Numbered from the stretch's first letter, positions 15,746 through 23,576 are shown. The stretch is DNA of 64,000 nucleotides from Tepidiformaceae bacterium (GCA_039917655.1 JBDSJC010000163.1:768-64767), one strand, 5' to 3'. Program-made: numbers and translations. The notes: generated by a model not told the origin, from the letters alone.

Positions 15746-18193
15746 ATGCTCCTGGCCCAGATCATGATCCCTGCGGCAAGCGCCGCGGCGGTCCTATTTG
15801 CCATCTGGCTTGCCTATGACGTCCTGCGCAGGGACAAAGGCACGCCGGAAATGCAAGAGGTCGCCGGTACGATTCTGGAGGGCGCAAATGCCTTCCTCAG
15901 CCGCCAGTACCGCACTATCGGCATCCTCGCGCTGGTCACTTCCGTGGTGGTCGGTGCGATCGTCGCTATCTTCAAAGGGTCCGGTGAGGCCGGCGTCCTT
16001 ACGGGCGTCGCCTTCATCGTCGGGGCAATCGCTTCCGGCCTCTCGGGCTACATCGGCATGTCGATCGCAGTCCGGGCCAACGGCCGCACAGCGTCGGCGG
16101 CCCAAAATAGCCTCGCCGACGCAATTAACACCGCGCTCCGTGGTGGCGCAGTCTCCGGCTTTCTGGTCGTGGCGCTCAGCCTCATCGGCGTTTCAAGCAT
16201 CTTCGCGATCTACAGCCGGGTGCTAGGCAACAACATTGATGAGACGCCGTTCCTGATCGTCGGCTTCGGCTTCGGCGCGAGCTTCGTCGCCCTGTTCGCG
16301 CAACTCGGTGGCGGCATTTACACGAAGGCCGCCGATGTTGGCGCGGACCTGGTTGGTAAAGTCGAAGCCGGAATTCCGGAAGACGACCCACGCAACGCAG
16401 CCGTCATCGCTGACCTCGTCGGCGACAACGTTGGTGACTGCGCGGGCCGCGGCGCTGACCTGTTCGAATCCATGTCCGCCGAAAACATCGGCGCCATGAT
16501 CCTCGGTGTTGCCATCTTCACGGCCACCGGCCGGGTGGAATGGATCCTCTTCCCGCTCGTGCTCCGTTCGTTCGGCGTGTTCGCCACGATCATCGGCATG
16601 TTGACCGTCCCTTTCTGGGCGAAGCGGATCAAGGACCCGATGGGCGCGCTGAACGGTGGTTACTGGGTGATCACCGCGCTGAGCGTCGGCGGTTTGGCCA
16701 TCGCTACCTACATGATGATGGACTCCGGCTCGTGGTTCTGGTTCTTCCTCTGCGGCGTGGTCGGTATTCTCACCGGTATCGCTTTCGTCTACATAACGCA
16801 GTACTACACCGCGGGCGCCTGGCGTCCCGTGCAGGAGATCGCCCGCGCCAGCAAGACTGGCGCCGCGACGAACATGATCATCGGCACCGCGGTTGGATTC
16901 GAAACCACCGCTGTGACCGCAATTACGGTCGGTATCGCGCTCGTCGTCTCGTTCGTCCTCGGACAACAGGCCGACCCTGAGGGGGCCGCCGGCATCACGG
17001 CGCACGTGAGCAACGTCTCGACCGGCGTCTTCGGCACAGCCGTGGCGACCATGGGCATGTTGATGTCCGCCGCCTATGTGCTGGCCATGGACACCTTCGG
17101 CCCGATCACCGACAACGCCGGTGGCATTACGCAGATGGCAGCCGGCACCAAGCCTGAAGCGCGTGAGATCACGGACCAGTTGGACACCGTCGGAAACACG
17201 ACGAAGGCGCTCACGAAAGGTTACGCCGTCGGTTCCGCCGCGCTCGCAGCCTTCCTGCTCTTCACGGCGTACCTCGATGAGGTGCGGGTCGAGTTCGGAA
17301 AGATCGCCCACGAAGACGCTTCGCGATATGCGGACCTGATCCAGGACCTGGACCTCACTCGACAAGGGTCGGACGAACAGGCCGCCGTGACAGCGGCGAT
17401 CAGCAAGCATTCAGCGGCCCTCAAGGCTTGTGGCCTGAACGACAAAGGCATCGAGACGCTGCTGACCGCGGACCGTAACGAAGCGACCGCGTACATCAAC
17501 AAGCTCGCCAAGGACAAGAAGTCCGGCTCCGATTGCGCCATCGGCGCGGAGGGCAGCCCGTTCCCGCTACCGCGAATCATGCCAATCAACCTTGGCAAGG
17601 TTGAGGTCTTCGTCGGCGCTCTGCTAGGCGTAATGCTTGCATTCCTCTTCAGCTCGCTCTCGATTCGCGCTGTTGGCAAGGCGGCCGGGGGCATCATCGA
17701 AGAGGTGCGCCGCCAGTTCCGCGAAAACCCGGGAATCATGACCGGCGAGGTCCGCCCGGACTATACAAGGGCGGTGGATATCACCACCCGCGCGGCCCTG
17801 CGCGAGATGGTGGTGCCGGGTGTCCTCGCAGTCGGACTGCCGATCGCTGTCGGCGTCGTCTTCCGCTACGCCTTTGGTGGAGACGGCAACGAAGGCTGGC
17901 TCGCGGTGGCCGGGATGCTGATGGTCGGCACCATTGGAGGCGTCCTGTTGGCGACGTACTTGAACAACGCGGGTGGCGCGTGGGACAACGCCAAGAAGTT
18001 CATCGAATCCGGTGGACTGAGGGACGACAAGACCGGTGAAGTCATCGGCAAGGGTACCGATACTCACGCGGCGGCCGTCGTGGGCGATACCGTGGGTGAC
18101 CCCTTCAAGGACACCGCCGGGCCAGCGCTCCACGTCTTGGTGAAGCTGCTGAGCACGATTACCCTCGTGCTGGCGCCGCTGTTCATCAGCTAA
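15746..18193 (+). CDS. hppA: membrane-bound proton-translocating pyrophosphatase (K+-independent type)
   Basis: 815 aa and polytopic. It contains ADLVGKVE, DNVGDCAGRGADLFES, DNAGGI, GNTTKA (Lys at the K+-independence position), GGAWDNAKK and GDTVGDPFKDT. Confidence 0.93.
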   Translation: MLLAQIMIPAASAAAVLFAIWLAYDVLRRDKGTPEMQEVAGTILEGANAFLSRQYRTIGILALVTSVVVGAIVAIFKGSGEAGVLTGVAFIVGAIASGLSGYIGMSIAVRANGRTASAAQNSLADAINTALRGGAVSGFLVVALSLIGVSSIFAIYSRVLGNNIDETPFLIVGFGFGASFVALFAQLGGGIYTKAADVGADLVGKVEAGIPEDDPRNAAVIADLVGDNVGDCAGRGADLFESMSAENIGAMILGVAIFTATGRVEWILFPLVLRSFGVFATIIGMLTVPFWAKRIKDPMGALNGGYWVITALSVGGLAIATYMMMDSGSWFWFFLCGVVGILTGIAFVYITQYYTAGAWRPVQEIARASKTGAATNMIIGTAVGFETTAVTAITVGIALVVSFVLGQQADPEGAAGITAHVSNVSTGVFGTAVATMGMLMSAAYVLAMDTFGPITDNAGGITQMAAGTKPEAREITDQLDTVGNTTKALTKGYAVGSAALAAFLLFTAYLDEVRVEFGKIAHEDASRYADLIQDLDLTRQGSDEQAAVTAAISKHSAALKACGLNDKGIETLLTADRNEATAYINKLAKDKKSGSDCAIGAEGSPFPLPRIMPINLGKVEVFVGALLGVMLAFLFSSLSIRAVGKAAGGIIEEVRRQFRENPGIMTGEVRPDYTRAVDITTRAALREMVVPGVLAVGLPIAVGVVFRYAFGGDGNEGWLAVAGMLMVGTIGGVLLATYLNNAGGAWDNAKKFIESGGLRDDKTGEVIGKGTDTHAAAVVGDTVGDPFKDTAGPALHVLVKLLSTITLVLAPLFIS

Positions 18194-18215
18194 GCGTCGA
18201 TCCCGAATCAGCAGC

Positions 18216-18250
18216 GAAGGCCGTGGAGCAATCCACGGCCTTCGTCTTCG
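18216..18250 (+). terminator. intrinsic terminator after hppA
   Basis: Perfect 12-bp stem GAAGGCCGTGGA / TCCACGGCCTTC with a 4-nt loop, followed by GTCTTCG. Confidence 0.6.
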
Positions 18251-18407
18251 CGTCTTAAGAATTGGCGCTGGAAGAACCAACTTGGCCTGGGTAAATCGCG
18301 AAGCGGTTGCACCCCGCACGGATCGCCGCCGCGCTGGCCGAAGCACGTAAGGAAGGGCATCGAGTGTTCGCTTGAACAGCTGGCCGTGAAGAGGCTATTC
18401 TAGCCAT

Positions 18408-18701
18408 ATGAAACGCGCGTCGATTACAGAAGTGAAAAACGGCCTGAGTGCGCTGCTTGACCAGGTGAAGGCGGGCGAGACGATCGTCATCACCGATCGT
18501 GGCATCCCGGTTGCGCGGATTGTTAGCGATGTGGGCGCGGATAACGACCATGGAAGAGTGGCTCGCCTGATCCGAGATGGCGTCGCGACAACGAGGGGCG
18601 GACCGTCGCCCCTAGAGCGCATCCTCCGCCCGTTCCCGCCCGGTTCCAAGCCAGCCGGCGTCCTTGAGGCGCTGCTCGAAGAGAGAAGAGAGGGGCGTTG
18701 A
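18408..18701 (+). CDS. type II antitoxin, Phd/YefM family
   Basis: MKRASITEVKNGLSALLDQVKAGETIVITDRGIPVARIV is a typical Phd/YefM N-terminus. Its stop overlaps the start of the downstream PIN gene. Confidence 0.8.
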   Translation: MKRASITEVKNGLSALLDQVKAGETIVITDRGIPVARIVSDVGADNDHGRVARLIRDGVATTRGGPSPLERILRPFPPGSKPAGVLEALLEERREGR

Positions 18702-19129
18702 GGTTCTGGGATGCGTCGGCCGTCGTCCCGCTGCTCGTCGAGGAAGCCACCACCTCGACGATGGTGCGAGGACTGGGAAACGATCAAGAGATGGTCGTCT
18801 GGTGGGGCACCGAGGTTGAGTGCATGTCGGCCATCGCACGTCGCCGTCGGAGCAACTCGCTCACTCAAGGCCTTGAGCGCGACGCTATCGACCGTCTCCG
18901 CCACCTGTCGAGATCGTGGAAAGAGATCGACCCGGCTTCAGCCGTCCGCGAAACGGCCATCCGGCTGCTCCAGACCTACGACCTTCGAGCCGCGGACGCA
19001 CTCCAGCTGGCTGCAGCGTTTGCGGCCGCGGAGGGCCGTCCATCGACGTTGGCGTTCGTCTCGTTGGATGCGCGGCTGAACGAAGCGGGGCTACGTGAGG
19101 GGTTCCGATTGCTTGACCTCGCGACCTAG
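18698..19129 (+). CDS. vapC: type II toxin, PIN-domain ribonuclease VapC
   Basis: It starts FWDASAVVPLL.EE and contains LR..DALQLAAA...... followed by FVSLDARL. These are PIN acidic-residue positions, and the gene is coupled to the antitoxin. Confidence 0.8.
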   Translation: MRFWDASAVVPLLVEEATTSTMVRGLGNDQEMVVWWGTEVECMSAIARRRRSNSLTQGLERDAIDRLRHLSRSWKEIDPASAVRETAIRLLQTYDLRAADALQLAAAFAAAEGRPSTLAFVSLDARLNEAGLREGFRLLDLAT

Positions 19130-19314
19130 AAGTTTTGTGTTGCGATCGCCGATGCGTTTGCGCTAGTCTCCTTGAAAGATGTTGAAGCTCGCTACCCGCG
19201 CCGTCCCTACCCATGCGACGATCGCCGCTTTTGCTGCGAGCATTGGTGGGAATACGCGTGGAGTCCGGTGGGCCGCTTCTTCGTAGTTCGCAACAGCACC
19301 GGCGAATCGCAGTA

Positions 19315-19347
19315 AGGCCCATCAAATCGATGGGCCTCTTCGTTTCT
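19315..19347 (+). terminator. hairpin with T-rich tail (possible terminator, orphaned)
   Basis: Perfect 9-bp stem AGGCCCATC / GATGGGCCT with a 5-nt loop, then CTTCGTTTCT. No intact gene lies immediately upstream. Confidence 0.4.
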
Positions 19348-19372
19348 CCGGAGCAACGGGAGAAGGTACCCG

Positions 19373-19510
19373 GAAAACGAACGTGCGGTCCACTGCTACG
19401 AGAAGTTGGGCTTCGTCATCGAAGGCCGGACGCGTGATGCGATGTTCAAGCACGGCGCCCACCACGACCTGATCCTGATGTCCGTCCTCGCGGGCGAGCT
19501 GAAAAAACAA
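19373..19510 (+). pseudogene. C-terminal remnant of a GNAT acetyltransferase (paralogue of the adjacent intact gene)
   Basis: The frame-2 translation is ENERAVHCYEKLGFVIEGRTRDAMFKHGAHHDLILMSVLAGEL. It aligns with the C-terminus of the neighbouring GNAT (ENARAIHVYEKVGFQLEGTRRQAMFKFGRYQDLRVMGLLEGEL). There is no start codon or N-terminal domain in frame, and an in-frame TAA lies at 19313. Confidence 0.7.
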
Positions 19511-19521
19511 GGAGAAGCAAC

Positions 19522-20064
19522 ATGGAGTCATCACCTTTCGAAGGACGACTGGTCCGCCTGAGAGCGCGGGAGCCCGAAGACGAACCGCTGCTCTACGAGT
19601 GGTTCAACGACCCGGAGGTCACGCAGCATCTCACGATCCGCTACCCGCTCTCCCACGCCCAGGAAAAGGAGTTCATCGAAGGCGCGTCGCGAGTTGGATA
19701 CAACCTGGCGTCGTTTGGCGTGGAGACGATTACCCTGAGCCGGCTGATCGGCGGCGTGGGGCTGGAAAGCGTGTCGCCAGAGAACCGAAGCGCAATCCTC
19801 GGGATCGCGATCGGCGACAAAGCGTTCTGGAACGGCGGCTACGGGACGGATGCGATGCGCGTCCTCTGCCGCTTCGGCTTCGAGATGATGAACCTGCACC
19901 GCATCGAGCTGGAGGTGTACGCCGAGAACGCCAGGGCCATCCACGTCTACGAGAAGGTTGGCTTTCAGCTCGAAGGGACACGCCGCCAGGCGATGTTTAA
20001 GTTCGGCCGCTACCAGGATCTCCGCGTGATGGGCCTGCTGGAGGGAGAACTGCGCTGGGACTAG
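19522..20064 (+). CDS. GNAT family N-acetyltransferase (RimJ/RimL-like)
   Basis: 180 aa with LRAREPEDEPLLYEWFNDPEV, GYGTDAMRVLCRFGFEMMNLHRIELEVYAENARAIHVYEKVGF. Confidence 0.88.
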   Translation: MESSPFEGRLVRLRAREPEDEPLLYEWFNDPEVTQHLTIRYPLSHAQEKEFIEGASRVGYNLASFGVETITLSRLIGGVGLESVSPENRSAILGIAIGDKAFWNGGYGTDAMRVLCRFGFEMMNLHRIELEVYAENARAIHVYEKVGFQLEGTRRQAMFKFGRYQDLRVMGLLEGELRWD

Positions 20065-20249
20065 CCCCACTCGTCATGGCGGCGCCAGTGTTCAGGAGCG
20101 TCTCCGCCGCGGCTGTCCGCGGTATATCGAAGGGTTGAGCTGTGGAATCGCGCTGAGCCCAATCCGGGATAACCCTGATTACGTTCGGTTCTTATGCCCA
20201 CCTACCGGTAAATCTGTGAAGAAAAGTGCAATCATTCTGCAATGGAGGG

Positions 20250-20279
20250 TTGACACCCTTACCACAGAGTTGTTAGCGT
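20250..20279 (+). promoter_or_regulatory. candidate sigma-70 promoter (TTGACA - 18 nt - extended -10 TGTTAGCGT)
   Basis: TTGACA at 20250-20255 and TG-n-TAGCGT at 20271-20279, in a locally lower-GC spacer about 55 nt upstream of the riboswitch P1. Confidence 0.4.
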
Positions 20280-20336
20280 CAGGTGGTAGGCGAGCAATTG
20301 CCCACATACGCGCTCGGTTCTAACACTTGTGCACCA

Positions 20337-20450
20337 CTGCCTAGTGCGCCTCAGGCGCAGCGGGGGATCCAACATCCCGGGGTGAATTCGGCCACCAGCG
20401 GCCGATAGGGCGTCCTTCTGCCCGAACCCGTCAGCTAACCCCGTCGGCAG
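20337..20450 (+). promoter_or_regulatory. c-di-AMP riboswitch (ydaO-yuaA / kimA class)
   Basis: The conserved blocks occur in the right order. They are P1 CTGCC...GGCAG, hairpin GCGCC-TCA-GGCGC, GCGGGGGAUCCAA, GGGGUGAAUUC, AUAGGGCG and CCCGAACCCGUCAGCUAACCCCGUCGGC. Compare B. subtilis ydaO: GCGGGGGACCCA, GGGGUGAAUC, GUAGGGCG, CCCGAACCCGUCAGCUAACCUCGUAAGC. Confidence 0.8.
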
Positions 20451-20549
20451 CAGGAAGGCCTGGCGAGCAGGTAGCTCGTTTCGAGGTCAGTTTCTCACCC
20501 CTCGAATGACCAATTGATACCGCCTTATGTGCGATGGAGGAATAGATCT

Positions 20550-20768
20550 ATGCCCGCTTTGCAAGAAGCCCCGCCCAAGTCATGTCCGAAGTGCCGCGGC
20601 TCGATGATCGTTGAACGCGATTGGCATGGGACCTACGGCAGCTGCATCATGTGCGGCTACGTCCACGAAGTGCTTACGAGTCCGCCTGTCGATCTTGCCG
20701 CCGAAGAGGCCGCGTTGCCGCAGCGGCAGCGACGCCGTCAGCCTTCCCACGGCAAACTTCGGCTCTGA
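20550..20768 (+). CDS. small zinc-ribbon protein (CxxC-N17-CxxC), function unknown
   Basis: The ATG at 20550 has GGAGGA 8 nt upstream. The product is MPALQEAPPKSCPKCRGSMIVERDWHGTYGSCIMCGYVHE... with a basic tail RQRRRQPSHGKLRL. It is the first ORF downstream of the riboswitch. Confidence 0.6.
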   Translation: MPALQEAPPKSCPKCRGSMIVERDWHGTYGSCIMCGYVHEVLTSPPVDLAAEEAALPQRQRRRQPSHGKLRL

Positions 20769-20791
20769 GCTGAACGGATGACGAACACCAG

Positions 20792-20828
20792 GGGCCCCCG
20801 CCTGTCATAGGTAGGGGCCCTTTGCTTT
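20792..20828 (+). terminator. intrinsic terminator after zinc-ribbon ORF
   Basis: Stem GGGCCCC ... GGGGCCC with a 15-nt loop, followed by TTTGCTTT. Confidence 0.5.
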
Positions 20829-20883
20829 CCCTAGCGCGCCGGATTCCCTAGACTGCGCCCGTTCCTGTAGTGAGAGGGGTCGA

Positions 20884-21171
20884 ATGCCATACATCCGCCT
20901 GTCCATAGCCAAGCCACGCCGCGGAGAGGAAGCTCGCCTCGAAGAGGTCATGCGCAAGCTCTCGGACCTCTCCACTTCCCAAGACGGTTGTCTCGAGAGT
21001 TTCGTGCTGCGCCCGCACGATGACAGCGGCGAGGTCGCGCGCATCGCGATCTATTCCGACGAGGTGACCGCTGAACACATCGCCAACTCTCAGTCTTTCC
21101 TCGCGCTGCGCTCCGAACTGCACCTGATCGCTGAGCCCGGCCAGGTGGAGCGCGCGTTTTTTAGCATTTAG
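20884..21171 (+). CDS. ABM/Dabb-like (antibiotic biosynthesis monooxygenase fold) small protein
   Basis: The 95-aa product MPYIRLSIAKPRRGEEARLEEVMRKL...GCLESFVL...ARIAIYSDEVTAEHI fits a ferredoxin-like ABM pattern. A GAGAGGGG RBS is present. Confidence 0.5.
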   Translation: MPYIRLSIAKPRRGEEARLEEVMRKLSDLSTSQDGCLESFVLRPHDDSGEVARIAIYSDEVTAEHIANSQSFLALRSELHLIAEPGQVERAFFSI

Positions 21172-21549
21172 CCCCGGCGGCGTTTCGCCAGGGCGATGAC
21201 TCGGAACGCCAGGCACGCGCACGTTTTGGGGCGGGGGCATGCCGCTCGTTGGGTCTTCGCTCGGGTGTTTACCACCACGGGGAATCGCTTCGTGGGCATC
21301 GATGACAGATTGTCGGAAGCTGGGCATCATGCCGGAGGGAACGGAGGGTTTCGGTTTGGGAACGTCTCGGGGTTATTGCGATGGTTATCAGGGTAATCCC
21401 CTATACGCGTGTGTTGTTCGTTCACTAGACTAGACAAAGTCTTAAGGGTTTTCGCCACCCAGTGCGAACCCTTTCCCGTCGGGTCGCCTCAGGTCAATCG
21501 TTGGCAGGAGTTCGATGGGGGACGATTTGCCGGAGGAACAAGAGAAAGA

Positions 21550-22356
21550 ATGAACAATTCACGAACACCAGGCCGTCCCATTGGGCTTCGCACGTCAGCC
21601 GCCCCTTCGAACCAGACGCAACAGCAGAACCGCAATCAGCACCCCATCCGCATCCTGCTGGTAGACGACCACGCCGTGATCCGCCAGGCCCTCCGGATGT
21701 TGCTGGAGAGCCAGCCTGAACTCGAAGTCGTCGCCGACGTTGAGAATGGCCGCGAAGCGGTTCAGGCGGTCGAGAAGCTTTCGCCAGACGTGGTACTGAT
21801 GGATGTGGTGATGCCCGGCCTGAATGGCCTGGAGGCCACCCGCCAGATCCGCCGCTCTTCCCCCAGCACGCGCGTGGTGATGCTCAGCGGCTTCGTTGAT
21901 GAAGACCAGCTGCTGGACTCGATCCGCGCCGGCGCCTCGGGCTACATCATCAAGAAATCGGATGTCTCCGAACTCGTCCTCGCCATTCAGACGGTCCATC
22001 GCGGAAACAGTTACTTCTCGAGCGCCTTGAGCGAAGGGTTTGACCTTGCGGAAGTTCTCTACCAGGCGAAGCGCTCCGATCAGCGCACCGGCGTCGAAGC
22101 GCTCACCTCTCGCGAGCGTGAAGTCCTTCAACTGATCGCCGAGGGCCACACCAACCAGGGGATCGCCAACGAGCTCTACATTTCAGTGAAGACGGTGGAG
22201 GCGCACAAGGCGCACATTATGGCCAAGCTTCACGCCCGCAACCGCACGGACCTCATCCGCTACGCCATCCGCAAGGGCATCGTGCGCCTCGAAAGCATGG
22301 AAGAGGCCGAGAGAATGATGGTCAACATGGGCGGCGAATCGAGCGTCGCTGGGTAG
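21550..22356 (+). CDS. NarL/FixJ (LuxR-type HTH) response regulator, no cognate kinase adjacent
   Basis: Internal ATG at 21550 (GGAGGA upstream). The receiver domain contains IRILLVDDHAVIRQAL...DVVLMDVVMPGLNG...VVMLSG. The LuxR HTH contains LTSREREVLQLIAEGHTNQGIANELYISVKTVEAHKAHIMAKL. There is a 36-aa Q/N/S-rich N-terminal extension. Confidence 0.88.
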   Translation: MNNSRTPGRPIGLRTSAAPSNQTQQQNRNQHPIRILLVDDHAVIRQALRMLLESQPELEVVADVENGREAVQAVEKLSPDVVLMDVVMPGLNGLEATRQIRRSSPSTRVVMLSGFVDEDQLLDSIRAGASGYIIKKSDVSELVLAIQTVHRGNSYFSSALSEGFDLAEVLYQAKRSDQRTGVEALTSREREVLQLIAEGHTNQGIANELYISVKTVEAHKAHIMAKLHARNRTDLIRYAIRKGIVRLESMEEAERMMVNMGGESSVAG

Positions 22357-22386
22357 CCCAGGACCCCTGGAAGCAACCCCAGCAGG

Positions 22387-22420
22387 AGCCCGGCGAGATG
22401 CGCCGGGCTTTTCGCATTTC
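22387..22420 (+). terminator. intrinsic terminator after response-regulator gene
   Basis: Perfect 9-bp stem AGCCCGGCG / CGCCGGGCT with a 5-nt loop, followed by TTTCGCATTTCC. Confidence 0.6.
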
Positions 22421-22508
22421 CAGCCCCGTGGGGAGCGCGGCAGTCGCCGGGAGAGATAGGGAGCCGCGCTCTCGCCCTCGGGGAATACGCCCCCGAGCCG
22501 GGGGATTT

Positions 22509-22520
22509 CCCCGATAACCG
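22509..22520 (+). promoter_or_regulatory. candidate FliA (sigma-28)-like -10 element CCCCGATAACCG upstream of flbD
   Basis: It resembles the sigma-28 -10 consensus GCCGATAA and lies 56 nt before the flbD ATG. A near-identical copy lies upstream of fliP (26675-26686). No clear TAAA -35 element is present. Confidence 0.3.
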
Positions 22521-22575
22521 CCACTCCCACCCGACTCTAACCTGACTGCACCTCTGGTACTCCCGGGATACGACG

Positions 22576-22776
22576 ATGATCCAACTGACACGCATTGATG
22601 GCACCAAGTTCTACATCAACCCGGACCTCATTGAGGTGATGGAGGCGAGCCACGATACCCACGTGACGCTGACGAACGGCCACCGGTATGTCTGCGCGGA
22701 GAGCCCCGACGACGTTGTCCAGCGCATCGCCGAATTCCGCCGTTTGAGCATGGGCGCAATCCGGAGGAGCGCCTAA
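22576..22776 (+). CDS. flbD: flagellar protein FlbD
   Basis: MIQLTRIDGTKFYINPDLIEVMEASHDTHVTLTNGHRYVCAESPDDVVQRI is the classic FlbD pattern. The gene directly precedes motA. Confidence 0.88.
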   Translation: MIQLTRIDGTKFYINPDLIEVMEASHDTHVTLTNGHRYVCAESPDDVVQRIAEFRRLSMGAIRRSA

Positions 22777-23576
22777 TGGACCTCGCAACCGTCATCGGAC
22801 TGGCGCTCGCCTTTGGCGGGATCATCGGTGGAAACATTCTGGAGGGCGGAAACCCAGCGGCGCTGTTCAATATCCCCGGAATCTTGATCGTCATAGTCGG
22901 GACGTTCGGCGCCGTGATGATCTCTCAGCCTCTGCCGGTGATGATCGGGTTGCCCAAGTTCATCCTCAAGGCCGTGATGGGCGGCAAAGGCCACAACTCG
23001 GCCGTCACCGTGGACCTTTTTGTGACGATGGCCGATAAGGCGCGGCGCGAGGGCTTGCTCGCCCTGGAAGCCGATGTCGGCAACATTCACGATGAGTTCA
23101 CGCGCAAAGGCGTGCAGCTCATGATCGATGGCACGGACCCCGAACTGCTCCGCGAGATCATGGAGATCGAAGCGGACTCCATGAAGCACCGCCACGAAGG
23201 GAACTTCGCCGCCCTGGAGTTTATGGGCGGCATTGCGCCCACGATTGGCGTGCTTGGCGCCGTGATGGGGCTGATGGGCGTCATGGCCCACCTCGATCAA
23301 CCAGAAGAGATCGGCCCCGGCATCGCGACAGCGTTCGTGGCCACGTTCTACGGCGTGTTCACCGCCAACGTCCTTTGGCTTCCGCTGGCGGCGAAGTTGA
23401 AGAACAACTCCAAGCACGAGATGCACGCCCTTAACGTCGTCGTCGAAGGGTTGATGTCCATCCAGTCCGGCGACAACCCCCGGATTGTGCGGGAGAAGCT
23501 GGAAGGCTTCCTCACACCCAAGGAGCGCCAAAAGAAAGACTCGGGCGGCGCCGAAGCGCAACGGGAAGCGGCGTGA
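22776..23576 (+). CDS. motA: flagellar stator protein MotA
   Basis: 266 aa and polytopic. It contains GGNILEGG, REGLLALE, the C-terminal AFVATFYGVFTANVLWLPLA plug/TM3-4 pattern, and a TAATG overlap with flbD. Confidence 0.9.
   Translation: MDLATVIGLALAFGGIIGGNILEGGNPAALFNIPGILIVIVGTFGAVMISQPLPVMIGLPKFILKAVMGGKGHNSAVTVDLFVTMADKARREGLLALEADVGNIHDEFTRKGVQLMIDGTDPELLREIMEIEADSMKHRHEGNFAALEFMGGIAPTIGVLGAVMGLMGVMAHLDQPEEIGPGIATAFVATFYGVFTANVLWLPLAAKLKNNSKHEMHALNVVVEGLMSIQSGDNPRIVREKLEGFLTPKERQKKDSGGAEAQREAA

Noticed and set aside
20135-20323. A 62-aa ORF in the lower-GC spacer before the riboswitch.
   Set aside because: It has a TTG start and no RBS. It overlaps the predicted promoter and transcript leader of the c-di-AMP riboswitch, and its composition is not protein-like.
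20337-20450. An alternative reading of this structured leader as a cobalamin riboswitch, because of GGGGUGAAUUC.
   Set aside because: It lacks the B12 box and the GCCACUG element. The full set of blocks (GCGGGGGAUCCA, AUAGGGCG, CCCGAACCCGUCAGCUAACC) matches the ydaO c-di-AMP class instead.
23031-23038. An exact GCCGATAA (sigma-28 -10 consensus) inside motA.
   Set aside because: It is intragenic and has no TAAA-like -35 at 15-nt spacing. A single 8-mer hit in 64 kb of GC-rich sequence is not compelling.
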